Assembly: GCA_964016885.1 (NCBI GenBank)
Contig: OZ024740.1
Span: forward strand, 397,110,001-397,174,000
DNA from: Eledone cirrhosa
Lineage: Eukaryota
Length of the DNA: 64,000 nt
Direction: 5' to 3'
This document shows, one piece after another, positions 1 through 14,984 of the stretch. Position numbers and translations under genes: made by a program. The stretch's first letter is position 1, and every line of letters begins with the position of its first letter. Below the pieces are notes generated by a model. That model made no database searches. It had not been told where the DNA came from and saw only the letters and a program-made list of their open reading frames with translations.

Positions 1-1082
1 ATATAATATTTGGTATCATCTAACATTGAACTGAAAATAAAGATCAAAGTAGAAAGAACACAATTTCAAATTATTTTTACAATCCTTAAAAGCAATGATA
101 ATTAAATTATTCAAGTTAATAAAGTTTTATTAAAAATATTTGATATTCAACATGTTAACATGCAAACTCATATTTAAAGTATAGATATGCTTTTTTGTGT
201 TATATGTATTTCATTGTTATGTGCCATGCATATGAATTAAGTCAATAATCTACTTTCAATTTGTTGTTGAATCCAACTTATGCTACTAACGCCCCTAGGA
301 AAGACATGAATATTAAACAATCTGAAACTTTTTTCACAGTAAAATCATGATCATGTCTTTATATCATTGAGCTTATCATTTTTTTTTAATTCTTTCATAG
401 CAAATATCTTCTGGAAGACAGCTTTAGACAAAGAACACTAATTTTTTGAGTGACTACATAATTTCAATATATTTGCTTTTAGGTTTTTTATCTTCTTTCC
501 TATTCAATTATATATATCACTAAAACATACAATTTGTATTGAGAATCTCTTATTGCGAACTGCTTGTTTTGAATTTAACAGATTTGGGACTCAAACATAA
601 TAACTATCTTTGATATATAGGTAGCAAACAAATAGAAATAGCAGAATATTCAACAAAATATCAGTATTAAATTTCATCTTTCCTGGGTTCAATTTTATGT
701 TTCATCTCTTTAAGGTCAATAAGACTTAGTAATATTTTGGAGTTGACCCAATGAATTATGTACTATTTGCTGGCTAGCCAAATAAATATATATTTCACTG
801 ATGCATCTAGAAACTGCATTTTACACCAAAACATTGTCTTCTTTTTTCTATACTGCTCTCTAAGAATATTCTGTCAACAAGTAGGCTTGCCACAGTTTAT
901 GATACCCAAGGATTTTTAATAATAGCCAGTACATGTTCTCTTAATAATTAATTTGCAGTACAAAGCACACATCCTCTCATGTGTTTGGAAAGGGCAAAGG
1001 GAAAACCCTCCAGTGTTTACTTTACTGTATAATAAAATGACAGAAAATGTTCAGTCGTATCACAGTTTCTATTATGTTACAG

Positions 1083-1437
1083 TCATTGTTGGTGCTGCCC
1101 ATAAAATCTGTCCAGTGTTTCTTTCCTGAGACATTTTAACCACATGCCCATAATATCTTCTCCAGCAGCCTTACCACATTCGAGCTCTTTAACTGCTCTT
1201 GTGACCTCAGCCTCAGAGAGATTAGTCACCGCTCCCAGATGCACCTCATGTACATCCAAAGATGCTGTTGTGATTGAGTTTAGGAGATCAACAAAATATT
1301 CTCTCCACCTTGTGAGAATGTACCTCTCTGTAGAGAGGAGAACCCCAGGCACGTTCTTGATAGTAGGTGTGGAGGAGGGTTTTTTAAAATTAAAATTTGG
1401 CAGATTGTCTGCCAGAACACTTTATTTGTTGATCTGA
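1083..1437 (-). pseudogene. Decayed RTE-like LINE fragment (linker upstream of RT)
   Basis: ORF 1083..1352 has RWREYFVDLLN and EVTRAVKELECGKAAGED, the conserved pre-RT motifs of APE-type LINEs. Confidence 0.7.
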
Positions 1438-3296
1438 AGTCAGATTCCAGCTTAACCTGAAAGTCTTCCTATGTCTTAACTTTGGATGCCTTTACTATCT
1501 TTGCTGTGATTCATCATACCTGCTTGTACTGCAAGTGCAATCAGCGTTGATAAAATAAATAGCTGAATGCCCTACTTAATGTTCACAACTATACAGCTTA
1601 TAAATCTCATTATACAATATTGTAAATTATAATGTTTATCTCACCAAAACATTCTTATGACTATAAAAATGCATTAATATTAATTACAACTTGAAATTAC
1701 AGAATATATTTATGGTAGCCATTGAACAGTATTTTTAATGGGAAAATAAATCAATTTTTTACGAAATTATTTTTTTCACATAAGGCTTCAAATTTATATG
1801 AAAAATAAATATATCTATATCAAAGTGACGTGCAAACATTGTTAGGATATTAGAAATACATGTGAAGTGGTGTAAGTTCAATTAAGTGGGGTGTAGATTT
1901 AATTTGTACATCATATTTTTTTCTAATTATGAAGTTATGATCTCATTATATTAGTCTGTTATTTCAATAGTAAAAGAGGCAAATTGAATGTCGTCGTTTA
2001 ACTCTGATTAAATCGGATTGAGCAAATATATCATCAATGTATTCAAGCTATAACCATTCATCTTTTTGTATCTGAAAGGCTGCATTATTTACTGTGTCCT
2101 TTATTAAGGAAGGCTGCGTGAGAGATGAGGGAAATGTGGCTTCTATTTCTAACATGATAGGTGATCACATAGAAGTTACCTAGTTGGCTTGCAGAGTGGA
2201 ATGTACATTTAAATGGTAAGCCAGTATCTAAAAGGATTTAAAGACAAGATTTAAATATTTGAATAGTCTCAGATATGTCTTAAACAAACTATGCAAAAAA
2301 CAAAAAAGGAATCTACTAGAAATGTTTGATAACAACACCATAAACTACCAAGGTATTTCTCACAGATTCAGATCTCCATCACCAAAATCAGTGATTTTAT
2401 CAGGCAATACTTCAGTTGATTGAATAAGAAGTATTCAATGCTTTATTCCAAGTAGAAAATAATGTCAGTCAGAGAATATAAATTTCCAACAGAGCCAAGA
2501 ATAGTAATAAGTTGTCATTCATGAAACAACTACAACAGTTAGTACAAACAACACAAAAATGCTGAATCTCTTCCAGATTTTTAATTTATATTCTGCACAG
2601 AGGCAGAATCAATCAGCAAGGTTTTTGTTCTGACAAGCAATCCATTTGAGTATGAGTAGCATTTTCTGAAATATACTTTTATGAAACTGCTAGTTTAATT
2701 TCTGATTTCAATTGGTTTAAAGTACTTTTGCTATTACTAATAACAATACCTAAATAGAGCTGTAATACTCCATTTGTATCTACTACTGTAGTAAAACAAA
2801 AGACATTATACATTTGATGTAAAACTATAGACCATCTGGTTTTCTACATTTTGCTGTGTCAAAAAAGAGTACATCTGTTCTGTGACAAATCTTGTTTTCA
2901 ATGTAATTGACAGATACCATCTCATATCTGATCAAAGATACTTAAATTTTACCCACTAACTACAATGTTATAGACCTTCGAAATATATCATAATAGACAC
3001 ATGAAAGTGATTCATTATTTCCATGAATATAGAAATTGTAATGTATCAAATCAGCTTTCAACAATAACATTACTAATTTCTACATAATTTCAGACAGATT
3101 GCCTATAGCTACCATGGTAAATTTCTATTATCTCATTTGCAAAGCAATTTCAGTGCTTCATTAATTCAATTATTGATAACTTTATCAATATATTTATTGA
3201 CCAAAGTGAAAGATTAAGTTGAATCAGATTGGTTTTTGCTTGCTATTAAAAAATTTGAAGGTATAATAGTCAGTAGATTTATACTGTATATCTCAT

Positions 3297-3436
3297 TATC
3301 ATCGTTTTTACGTCCACTTTTTCATGCTTTCATGGGTTGGACGGGTCCTTCTCAGCATGGCATCTCTCCACACATTGAGATCTTTTACCATCACCTCTGT
3401 GAGTCGCTGTGATTTGAGGTCAGCTCTCACAAACTC
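3297..3436 (-). mobile_element. RTE LINE 3' terminal fragment (family A-like)
   Basis: Translates VRADLKSQRLTEVMVKDLNVWRDAMLRRTRPT, similar to the C-terminus at 25539; (CAT)n tail. Confidence 0.75.
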
Positions 3437-3758
3437 TAAATAATGGATGTTAAATGGCGATGATGATGTTGATGTCACCTCTTCCTTTGAGGTTGTTAGG
3501 GCTGCTATCAAATCTTGTCAAGTTAATTTTAACAGAAAGGGTGGTGATACTACTTATGGTACGATTGATTTGTTCTTTCTCTTCAACATTTTTAGAAAAA
3601 GTGCAGCTTATCAGAAATCAATACTTTGAAAATTTTAAGAAGTCATTTGCTTGATTCAGTTGTGAAAGAGATTCTTTCCGGATATCTAGGCTTATCCAAA
3701 TAATGAAACAAAATGTGTAAATAAAATGGCTGAAATATGAATCCTTTCTTTGAACGCA

Positions 3759-3952
3759 GGGGTGGATTGGCAGTATCGGTAGGGAGTCGGATGCCATGCT
3801 TTGACGCATAGAGTTATGCCCTTGCCATTCTGAGTTCAAATCCCGCCAAGGTTAACTTTGCCTTTCATCCTTACGGGGGTCGATAAAATAAAGTACCAGT
3901 AATGCACTGGATAATTGTTGGCCTTGTGCCAAAAGTAGAAACAATTATTATT
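3759..3952 (+). mobile_element. tRNA-derived SINE family 1 (resembles octopus OK / Meta-domain SINE)
   Basis: A-box-like TGGCAGTATCGG, B-box GAGTTCAAATCC, central GCCTTTCATCCTTACGGGG(G)TCGATAAAATAAAGTACC, (ATT)n tail; at least 6 copies in window. Confidence 0.85.
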
Positions 3953-6074
3953 GCACATGATAGACCACACCACGATATTTCGCTGGTGAGATTTTGAATT
4001 TTGTTTTACTTTTGTCGACAATTGTCACAAACTTCTGTTACAGTCTATTGCATAAGGTAGTGTCCTATCCATTATAGAAATATCTTCCTTGGAATCACCA
4101 TGGAACAGGCGTTGTAGCCTGGTCCAAAACAGGATTTTATTACCATCTTCTCAATATCATTCAAATATGGCGAGTTATTATTATTATCATCATCAGCATT
4201 ATTAATGCCATCTATATTATTTGGTTTAAAAACACTACTTCTATTAACAAATTTTCCATATATGGTATTGAATTCTGCTAGTTTAAAAAGCAAATAAGCC
4301 TCCAGATTTTTTAGTTTGTTCTGTCTTTCTAAATCATGTAATTAGATCTCTTTTATTCATTTTGCATACACATAGCAGCAACTCAATTGGAAAATTTCCT
4401 GAGTCGCCAACATGGCTTTCTATGAACAAGATACAGTCATCTGATTTGACTTGTCTCACAATGGGGCAACTCATCTCACCCATGCTAGTGTGGAAAATGG
4501 ACGTATGATGAGGAAAAAGTGGAGAATGAAGATGGTGATGATGGTATTTGCTTATAATATTTTCGAAATATTTATATCTACATCCATGGATTGATATATC
4601 TCAGTATCAGAAGATCGCAGAAGTTGTTTGCTTGAAGCAGAAATTATTTGCTTGAACTTTTAATCTGTGCTAATGATAAATATATATACATATATATATG
4701 ATAGGAAGGACATCCAGCCATAGAAATCATGCCAAACAAAGGGCTGGGAGGACCCACAGTGGTGTCAAAGACATGACAATCTCTCCTCTAAATGATGGAA
4801 TGTGAGACAGTACATAAGAGAGACATAAGCGAGCCTGCCTGGGAGATCAGTGGCTCCACTTCAGTACTTACTTGATCTGTATAGACCTCTCCAACCCTTG
4901 CTAGCAGGGAAAGCAATGATGATGATGATGATACATATTTACATATATACATACATATACACACACCCATGACATTCAACTTCTCATCTCGCACCTCTTG
5001 TCACAATGTTCATCTTTCATGCCTTCCCCATCCTATTTCTACACTAAACTGAATAGAGCAAGCTCTTCAGGTGAGTTTATGATCAACAACTCTCTAGTGT
5101 TGGTACCACAATGAAATACACCCAGTACTCTCTGTAAAGTGGCTGGTGTTAGGAAGGGCTTCTAGCCATAGTAACTATACCCAAAAGGATTGTGCTGACC
5201 TTGCAGTTATGATAGGATGTTCTGAAATAAAAGTAGCCAGAATAAGAATGGGGTGGAAAAATCAAAGAGCTACTACTACTGTCAGTATCAAAGATTCTCT
5301 CTGAATGAAGGATCTTGTGTGTGAAGTGTGATTTTGTAGATAGCATGACAACAGACACAGATAAGCTGAGAGAAGAAACTGTATTAAAGATATCACAAGT
5401 AGTGTACAAGAAAGAGGACTGAGTGTACAAGAAAGAGGACTGAGCTTTCAGTGATCAAATATATTTGGGAATCAGTAAATACACAGCAAGAATGGCCAGC
5501 AGTACTGCCAATGATGTGGACATGTTTCTAGGCATATATAGTGTACATCACAAATGTAATAAATGTGGCAGATGTTATATTAGAAGCACCATTTGCAAGC
5601 TGCACATACACATTAAAGTGTGCAATCATATTACTGTTTCTTCTCATGGAAAACATCTGGAGAAGTATCAAAACCAAGATTTCATGATTACTACCAAAAC
5701 TGCAAATAAAATCCTTCTATCAACAATGTACATGAGTGGGAGGATACTTAATGGCTAATATAACTACCAATTTGAGCATATCATCCTTATCTTTTATCCG
5801 GCATATCTGTGTAAATTAACACTAAGTTCAATCTTTATTTTATTTTGGTGAAGACTTTAAAGCCAAAATATAGATATATAATGTATAAATGTAAACTTTT
5901 GTTTCCATTTTACTTTCATTTTCACTCTTATTTCCAGTTTGCATTGTGGTGACTTTCTAAAACACTTCCAACTCAATGCTTGTATGAAGCACAATGCTTT
6001 ATGTAAACTTTACTATTGCAATATTATATATGTTAATCATCATCATCATTTAAACATCCGTTTACCTTGCTAGC

Positions 6075-6140
6075 TGTGAGTGTGTGTGTGCACTCGTGCA
6101 TGATTGTGTGTGTGTGAGTGTGTGTGTGTGTGTGTGTGAT

Positions 6141-6190
<50 letters not shown>

Positions 6191-6244
6191 CATGTGTGTG
6201 CGTGCATGTGTGTGTGATTGTGTGTGTGTGTCTGTGTGCATGCA
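6075..6244. repeat. (TG)n microsatellite
   Basis: Direct reading. Confidence 0.95.
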
Positions 6245-6513
6245 TACAAACTAAGATCTCAGACACAAAAAGATGAATGTCAGGACCTGAGATATACACT
6301 CCCACAGTCGGAAGTCCTGGAGACATGCTTTATCAATATCCTAGACAGGGAGAATAGCTATCTGAAGGAGAGGCCCCACAAATGCTGTTGATGTTTATCC
6401 TGCATGTGGTACATATGGCTTCTTAGTAAGGTTTAAAGTAATGCTATTACTCTAATCTCTCAATGCTACTTGCATACATTAATATAAAAGGAAGCTGACT
6501 AAGTCATTTGTTT

Positions 6514-6856
6514 ATCATCATCATCATCATCATCATTTTATGTCCGCTTTTCCCTGCTTGCAAGGGTGGGACAGGAACTGATTCTGGTTTGATTTCTACA
6601 GCTGGATGCCCTTCCTAACACCAACCTCATTTACAGTGAGTGCTGGGTGCTTTTTTGCTGTGGCACCTACACATCCACTTTACAGTGGAATGATAGGGAC
6701 CCCAGTCCCTATCATCTAATTTCTACAGCTGAGTAAACTGGAGCGATGTGAAATAAAGGGTCTTGCTCAAGGAAACAACACATCACCCGGTCTGAGAATT
6801 GAACTCACAACCTTTCAATTGCAAGGCCAATGCTCTAACCACTAAACCATGTGCCT
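6514..6856 (-). mobile_element. tRNA/CORE-type SINE family 2 with RTE-derived tail
   Basis: Reverse complement nearly identical to 33943-34289. Confidence 0.88.
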
Positions 6857-8130
6857 ATATATGTAAATATATAGAAAAGATGGTAAAAACAGTTTAACTC
6901 AAATTGAAATGACTTTTAGTATTTAATTTTAACATTTTGTGTTCAAAGATTAATTCCTACTGTGGCTGACAATCCAATACATTGTACTAAGCACAGTACA
7001 ATAATTATTAAATCCTTGAATTGACAGTAAAACAACAACACCCACCCAAGTAATATAATGACAAGTACCTTCTAAGTTGGTGAACTAAGTATTGTGATCA
7101 ACTCAAATGCACTTTTCATCAGAATATTTGGGATTAGGCCAAAGTTGTAAGTATCTACCCAACAGCCTAACTGGGAAAAAACCTATAACACCTTCACCCC
7201 TAATACGGAGTTTAATGCTCTTCACTATAATATGAATATACAAAGGTAACAACGGTCTTCTCTTTCATTTGAAACTATATCAGAACTTACTCCACTTAAG
7301 AAACTGTCTGAATGAGGTTAAAAAGATTAATGAAATACTAACTAATAAACTATGACTTAATGGTAAATTCAGAAAATATAGAAACACTAGATCTCCAGAT
7401 ACTGATGGTTAAGACTGGAATAATTTTTTTGAAATCCTAAACACAAGATTATAATCCTTCTCCAACTCCATATATAAACATTAAAACAGTTTTTTGGGGC
7501 AATGACAAATGCATTTAATTTGATGCCCCAAGCATGTGCTCATTTTACTTAATGGCTAACCCAGCTCTGCTGATAGCTGAAGAACTCCACCATAAGAAAC
7601 TCCACAAACAGAACAACCATAAGAATGCCTCCCCATCAAAATAAAACAAAATGAATATGAACATTAAAACATCTTTGTAAAAGCATACGTATGGAGAAAA
7701 TTCTCTCTTTTTCATGACATACCTTAAAAATATGAAATGAGAAGTATGCCTTCAAATCCAATAATCTATCAACAACTACCACAACAGGACATTCAGAATG
7801 TAAACTGAACAATCTTAAACATACTACTAAACAGTTCATACAAGTAATTAATCTTGAACTGACAAATAAAAACACACACGTACACCAGAAAACTATAAGG
7901 ACCCCGAAATCATGGAAATAAGAATTTATTCCCTTAAATTCAATGTAAGTAAACTTGCCAACCTATGCTCAACAGTGAATATTTTTACAGTAATATTCAT
8001 AGAAAATGTTCTGAAGTGAACCCTCCATAATGAAATGAACTACATCATGGAGCCACAATACATCTAGAGTTGACAATACATCTAGAGTTGACATTGCTAT
8101 GAATTATCTGAACAGAAAGTATTACCATAC

Positions 8131-8336
8131 ATAATTGTTTCTACTTTAGGCACAAGGGCAGCATTTTGAAGGGGAGGGGAAAGTCGATTAAATCAACCCC
8201 AGTACATTACTGGTGCTTTATTTTAATGACCCTGTAAGGATAAAAAGCAAAGCTAACTCAGAACGTAAAGGGCCATAACCCTATGCTGCAAAGCATAGTT
8301 TCCAACGATCTACTGATACTGCCAATCCACCACCCC
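8131..8336 (-). mobile_element. SINE family 1, diverged copy
   Basis: Reverse-complement similarity to 3759-3952. Confidence 0.8.
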
Positions 8337-8731
8337 TAAGGGACCATCAGTAGTTATGGTCCATACATACAATGACACCCCTACAAAAAAAAAATAAATG
8401 GGACTCATATAATTTACCACTGCTGTCAATCTCAGACACTTCTAAATGGATCTATTTCTAGAACCATACAGTATTTACATAGATTTCCTCAATTATTTTG
8501 ATTCAAGCATTTTAACAAAGGTGAGTGTTTGGTGCATTATTTGTCACCCTTTTAAGAAGCTGAAATGTCTACCATCAGAACTGGCTTGGTAGACACAAAT
8601 AATAGATACTGTTGATTATCACACACTACAACTAGCTGTCTGTTCTGGTTCACTGCAAATCATAAATGGATAAAAAAATAAAAAGAAAAGAAAGAGAACA
8701 TTTTTTATCTTAGTCTGACAGATTTATCTGA

Positions 8732-8911
8732 AGTTACCAGAACTTTAGCATATCTTGACCTACAGTTACCAAAACTTTAGCATATCTTGACCTACAGTTA
8801 CCAGAACTTTAGCATATCTTGACCTACAGTTACCAGAACTTTAGCATATCTTGAACTACAGTTACCAGAACTTTAGCATATCTTGAACTACAGTTACCAG
8901 ATCTTTAGCAT
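8732..8911 (+). repeat. 32-bp tandem repeat, about 5.6 units (AGTTACCAGAACTTTAGCATATCTTGACCTAC)
   Basis: Units start at 8732, 8764, 8796, 8828, 8860, 8892; no spacers. Confidence 0.95.
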
Positions 8912-10038
8912 CATCATCATCGTTTAACGTCCATATTCCACGCTTGCATGGGTTTGGACGGGAATTTTCCTACTTGAGGCAAGAGTGGTTGTCTTGCTCG
9001 CATAGGACTGTCTGGCGGGTTTTCTACGGCTGGATGCCCTTCCTAACACCAACCACATTTACAGTGTGGAACTGGGAGGTTTTTACCATGTTATCTACAC
9101 GGCCACATTACAGTGTGGACTGTGTGTTTTTTGGTTGTGACACCTACACAACCTCATTTGTTTCAGACTGGATGTTGTAGTACCAACATAACTTTACATT
9201 GAAAGGGGTGGTGTGGATGGGGTGGGGGTAGTGGGACGGGGGTGTATTTTGTTAGAGGTGCCTACTGACTGTAGGTTTCACTTTGTACTTAGGTAAGGCG
9301 GGTCTTCTCTATTACTGTGTAGCGCCAAAGATCTCGGTCCAGTGACATTGTCTTGGAGAGGTGTAAGTGTGTGAGGCCGGAATTTATCAAATCGTCCCAG
9401 GTTTTTCTGGGTCTGCTTACTCCGTGGCTACCGTCTATTTTTATTGCCCTGCACTTTTTTATACAGCTGTCGTCTTTCATGCACATCACGTGACCATACC
9501 AACGTAATCTTCTCTCGAGTAAACAACATCTGATCCCTCTTATTTCTAATTTTTCCCTTAGTTCGTTTATGCTTTGCCGTTCACGTATATTACTATTACA
9601 CATCCAGCGGAGCATGCAAGCTTCGTTCCTCTCCAGTCTGCGTATATCCTCTGCACACAATGCCCAGGTCTCACTGCCATGTAACATTGCTGTTCGTATG
9701 CAGGCATCATACAGCCAGCCTTTCATTTTTAGGGAGAACCCTTTAGCGGCTAATAGTGGTATAAGCTCTCTGAACTTTTTCCATCCAGTTCTGACTCTAG
9801 CTACTGTACTTTCAGGGCACCCTCCCCCACTGCTGATTTTGTCACCCAGGTAACGGAAGCTGTCCACTATTTCTATAGAACCATCTGTGCAATGGAATGA
9901 GCTAGTATTTTATGGGCACTTGCTGCTACTTATTGCACCAGAGCACCGGCCACATATAAAATTTATGTTCTTAGTTAGCTTACCTGTGATCCCACTACAT
10001 CTTTTATGCACCCATACTTTGCATTTGGGACATAAAAT
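8909..10038 (-). mobile_element. 5'-truncated RTE LINE (family B): partial PHD, RT C-terminus, 3' UTR, (GAT)n tail
   Basis: ORF 9289..9867 (DSFRYLG...RLRWYGHV...RPRKTW) nearly identical to the 43.4-43.9 kb region; UTR matches 43890-44268. Confidence 0.92.
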
Positions 10039-11772
10039 GCATATCTCAACCAAATTATAATTCTGTACAGAGGAAACAATGTTCTAGTGACAAGAGAAAA
10101 GGAGGGTGCTATGAAAGAAATTTTCAAGACATGCAATACTATCTTAATTGGTAACCCCACTCTTTTTAAGGAAACACAATCCCAAGAAGATATGCACTCA
10201 GATTAAAGGACTGAAGTTGCTTCTTTTTAGAATATCTCCTTTGCCTTTGCAGAAGATGGTGCTGCTGCTATGCTAGTCATTAGGTACCTCACTGCCCTAC
10301 CTGATTGATTATGTGAGTAACTAATACATACCAGATATCTTCAGCATCACAGAGACCCATCTGTGATTTTCCATCTACTTTTTCTGCCTTCTAATTATAT
10401 ATATCTGTCCTTTTCAATAGCTGGACCCAGTATATTGCTGATATTTATTTTACGAAAGCAAAAGGATGAACATTAAAACTGACTTGAATAAGATTTGAAC
10501 ATGTAAGCAAGAAAAAACAAAATAAAAATAATCGTTCAGTTCAACAGTCTGCTATCACACTAATCTTTTCCATCTTCCTTATATGATAGGGAATTAAAGG
10601 GATAACTGATATTGTAAAGTATCAGGAATTGGATCAAATTATTATCACATCCTATTGAATATCAAAACATTAAATTCTGATAAAAGATATTTCTATGTCT
10701 TTACTGCAAATGAAAAAGAATGATGGTGGGAGGAGGCTTTAATTTCAAAACAGCTTCAAAGATTATTTGGGTAATTTCTTAAACACTATCTCTATAATTA
10801 AAACAAAGTATGAAAATGAAACGATTAAAGAATAATGACATAAAAATAAGCTATAAAAAGTGATTGCTTCCAATAAAATAGGAATTTTAAAACAGTAATG
10901 GCTTTATAGATTAAAGCTTTTATTAATATTTCTCAGTTAAAATTTGTTTAGTTGTTTTTCTTTGTTTTGGTTTTGCCATTTTAAACTGAAAACTATATAT
11001 TTCCTGGCATTTTTTAGAATAATTGATTTCCAATATTAATCCAAAGCATATCAAAAACAAAATTAATAGAACTCATCGAAATATTTTCCAAATTCCTATG
11101 TCTTTGACTTGTGATAAGCTTAAGTAAATTAGTATAGCCCACATTTTACTTGCAATAAAAATAATTTCTAAATAACTGTTGTTGATAGAAAAGATATAAT
11201 ATGGCAATGAAGCAAGAAATTAGAACAGGAAAACAATCAGTCTAAATTAGCTTCAGTTTTCATTGATCTATCATTCTTCTTTTTTTTCCCATATTTATTC
11301 TTCTTCATCCGTTTCTTATCTTTCTTCATCAATCCTCTGACATTCTGCCTGTTATTCTATTAAACATCAATGTGTATGTTTGAGCAAATATATTCAACAG
11401 AATATTTCATGCCCCATATTAGATATATCATCTCCCAGACACACTGGCTGAGTCTTGTCCTTTGAACCTATCAGATGGATAAGCAAAGGAAACAGAAAGA
11501 TAGAGAAAAATATTATCTGTATAAGTGTGTGGGTGTGCATGCTCATATGTGTTATTTCAAAAGATTAAATTACTGTGCCTGTCTGAAAAATATACTATTC
11601 TCTCTCTCTCATATAGCTGAACCTTCCAATGGAGATAACACATGACCAACACCTTACAGTTTTGTCTGAGAAAGTTACAGTGTGGCCAATCTGGCCAGAC
11701 TTGTCTCATTATATGGATGACCCCCTCTAACCCATGCAAGCATGGAAAATGGACATTAAATGGTGATGATGA

Positions 11773-11840
<68 letters not shown>

Positions 11841-12719
11841 AAGTGATGGTACTTCAGCAGCCTAAAGTCTAAAATCAGTATAAGAGTAAAAGGATATATG
11901 CGTGTGTGTACATAATATATAAATTAAATTTGAAAACATAAAAACAAACTACAAGGAAAAGACCCACTCAAAAATTAATGACTTGGCACAAAATTCTTGT
12001 AGTTTAATGCAACAAAAAAATGAAAGTGTGATAAGAAGAGTCTTTCCCATGGGCATAAACAGCATAAATTAAGTGAAAGAGTTTCAAACATAAATTGTAA
12101 CTGTATTGTGATATCAGCTTACTAGAAGCTTAACTCAGGCACTGCAAAGCATTAATGTCTTATACATAGAGCATGGGCCCTAAATAAAGGAAGGTAAATT
12201 GTGTGGCATTCATACGTTTCTGAAAGGTATTTAAGTTAGTAAAGACACATTGCTATAACTGGAAACTGAAACTGGATTATAGAATCTGACACATTGAAAG
12301 CTAAACACTGGTGCAAGGCATTCATTATAACTGTGAAATATTATTGTTTGCTTTTAGAGTTATAACAAATTAAACATTTCAGTTGATATTAACTCAAACA
12401 TAGTTGTTTATACTAATTAAGAGATCAAGAAGAGGATTACTGTTTCTTCTCTCTACTTTGAATACTTTATAAAAGTACAGTTTAAATATTTGGAGTCTTT
12501 ACACAAGTCAACAACACATCACAATAAATAGACTGGCTGCAATGGCAGATATTTTAGAAAAGCATAGAAGCAAATTTATTATATGAATAGTGACAACCAC
12601 ACACACACTTATCATCATCATCATCGTTTAATCTTCCACGCTAGCATGTTATAATTATATAAATGTATTAAAATATAGCCCTCAACGTATTTACTTATGT
12701 ACAGAAATTAAATAAATAC

Positions 12720-13050
12720 GGACAAGCAGGACTATATGGTTAAGACGTTTGCTGTACAACCACATGGTGTGAGTTCAGTCCCATTGTGTGGCACCTTGGT
12801 CTTATGAGTAGTATTTGATAGATGGAAACTGTGTAAAAGTCCACATTTCTTGTGTGTATCCTTACATTGACACCACACCACTTAACAGCCAGCAATATTT
12901 ATGTCCTGTAACTTAGCAGTTCGACAAATAGAAATTGATATAATAAGTAGTAGTTTTAAAAGTATGTACTGGTGTCAATATGATCAACTATATCTTTCAA
13001 GGTTCTGCTCCAGCATGTCTGCAGTTAAAGTACTTAAATCAGTAAAAGAA
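12720..13050 (+). mobile_element. Old CORE-type tRNA SINE
   Basis: Degenerate tRNA head (TGGTTAAG...GAGTTCAGTCCC) followed by TGTGGCACCTTGG CORE-like segment. Confidence 0.55.
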
Positions 13051-13789
13051 TAGAAAGAATATCAGATTGTGTTTTCTTTTAGTTAGTTCCTTTCCACACC
13101 TTCCTGCACTGGAGTAGGTTAATATAGATAATATTCAGTTTGAATTATTTTAGATAAGTGTTTGAAGAGAAAATAAAGTAAATAGATCTAAAAATACTTT
13201 AGCTCCTCCTTCAACTGAACTACCTACTTCTTGAATTATTTGTTAGTGGATGAGCATTTCACAGACACTTGAACTTTTATTACAATTCTTGGACAGAATC
13301 AAGTTAGCTTTTTGAATTTCATATAGAGTCCATCCCAGAAGCTTCCATATAGTGTCAGTCAACTCAATTTCACCCACAAGGCGCAACTCTAACTACAATT
13401 AATACTTTATCAAGAAGCCCTGCATTGGTACTGAAACTGAAATTTCATGATTATGAAGCAAAGTTTTTACCTATGTGTCCATGCTTACACACACACAGAG
13501 TCAGACCACATATTTATATATAACTATATCTCCAAGAAACATAGAGGCTTATAAAGTAGCATTATGAAGATGTGACATGAATATTTCCCAATATAAAATG
13601 CCAGTATACTGCAGACAAGCTTCTCAGTAGATCCGATATTTATATCCCAACATCCAAGTCTTCTGCCTAAATAAACAACAAAGCACCTATAGCAAATATA
13701 AACTTACTTTCCCATGAATAAATAGTCCAATATTTTATACGCTCAGCTATTGTATCTGACAGGTATTGAGCCAACAAGGGATACTTTAT

Positions 13790-13978
13790 TTTTTCACTTA
13801 ACTTGCTAGAAATAGTAACCAAATGTCTCTCCAATCACACTCTGCTTTCTTAAATAAGGAAAAAACACATTAGATAATGTAGTCCAATATAATTTTAAAA
13901 AGATGGGATGGTCACAGTTAAAAGGCCTTTCAACATAAGTCTGCTCAGTCAGAGTTGATCTGGGGCTAAACAACAACT
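13790..13978 (+). repeat. Old dispersed SINE-like repeat (related degenerate copies near 1990-2190 (-), 16880-17030 (-), 21410-21550)
   Basis: Shared CTAGAAATAG...CAAATCTC...TTAGATAATG motifs and (AAC)n end. Confidence 0.55.
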
Positions 13979-14984
13979 TCAAAGTGAACTAAATAACATT
14001 ATTGTAAAGAGTTCTACTAAAGAGTGTCATTAAGCAGTGTATCTTGGACAAGACAGCTTGGTATAATATTGCTTTCTAAGCTATAGCTGTAGAAGGAATG
14101 GTGCTCATTCAATACAGCAAGCTCACAAAATACTTGTCAATTTTATAGTTGCTTACAGAGATGAAGCATTTGTCTGTTACAACAATATAAAGCTAAGTAC
14201 ACTAGACCATTTTGAACCAAATGTTTTAGCCACAGACACATTGTTGAGTTGGGGACATGATAATTTGGATAGTAGTCTGTCATCCTATAAATGTAACCAT
14301 TTGTGATTAATATAAACATTGTAAATCGATACAAGTAAATTAAATATAAAATTCTCTTATGTAAATATAGGAAATTTAATCATATCTGCAAAGAAATAAA
14401 AAATAACCAAAAGAAATATATAGAAGTAAGTAAACTGCAATAAATATATAATATGCAATAGATTCCTGCATAGTGATTCCTCAAGTGGTTTCTTCATCTG
14501 AATATACATATATATGACATCATATATTATGTTATATAATCTTCTGAGGAGATAGACTGAAGTAAATTTGAATGCCACTGAAGCTTGAAACTAATAAAAA
14601 TAAAGAAGAAATTCTAAAACGGGATAACTTTGTGTTGTCATGAACATTATTTTAAAATTCTATTGAATTCTATTTAGATCAATCTAAGGAGAAGGTACAA
14701 TAAAAGCCCAAAACATGTTGTTCTACACAAATAACAATGTTTTTCTATTGCTGTCATAATCTTAGTGGGAAATGCAGGGAATTTAAATTTAATTTTGGAA
14801 GGGATTGGAAACCATATTGATTTGTTTTTAGTGCAGTGATATTATTCTGATTAAATTTAGATTCAATAATGATACTAATTCACTACTGAATTTGGGAACA
14901 AACATGAGAAAATAAATAATTTATTTTTAAGCATATTTTTTTTATTCAATAAGAAAATCTAATCATTTAAGTGTGTTAAGCTAT

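Noticed and set aside
7150-8670. Possible very old LINE remnant (SPDTDG-like; LQLAVCSGS-like)
   Set aside because: Too decayed to support by eye
8732-8911. CRISPR-like 32-bp repeats
   Set aside because: No spacers, no cas genes, eukaryotic context
14455-14500. Hammerhead-like sequence on minus strand (also about 53325-53375)
   Set aside because: Core bases are mutated and stems do not close
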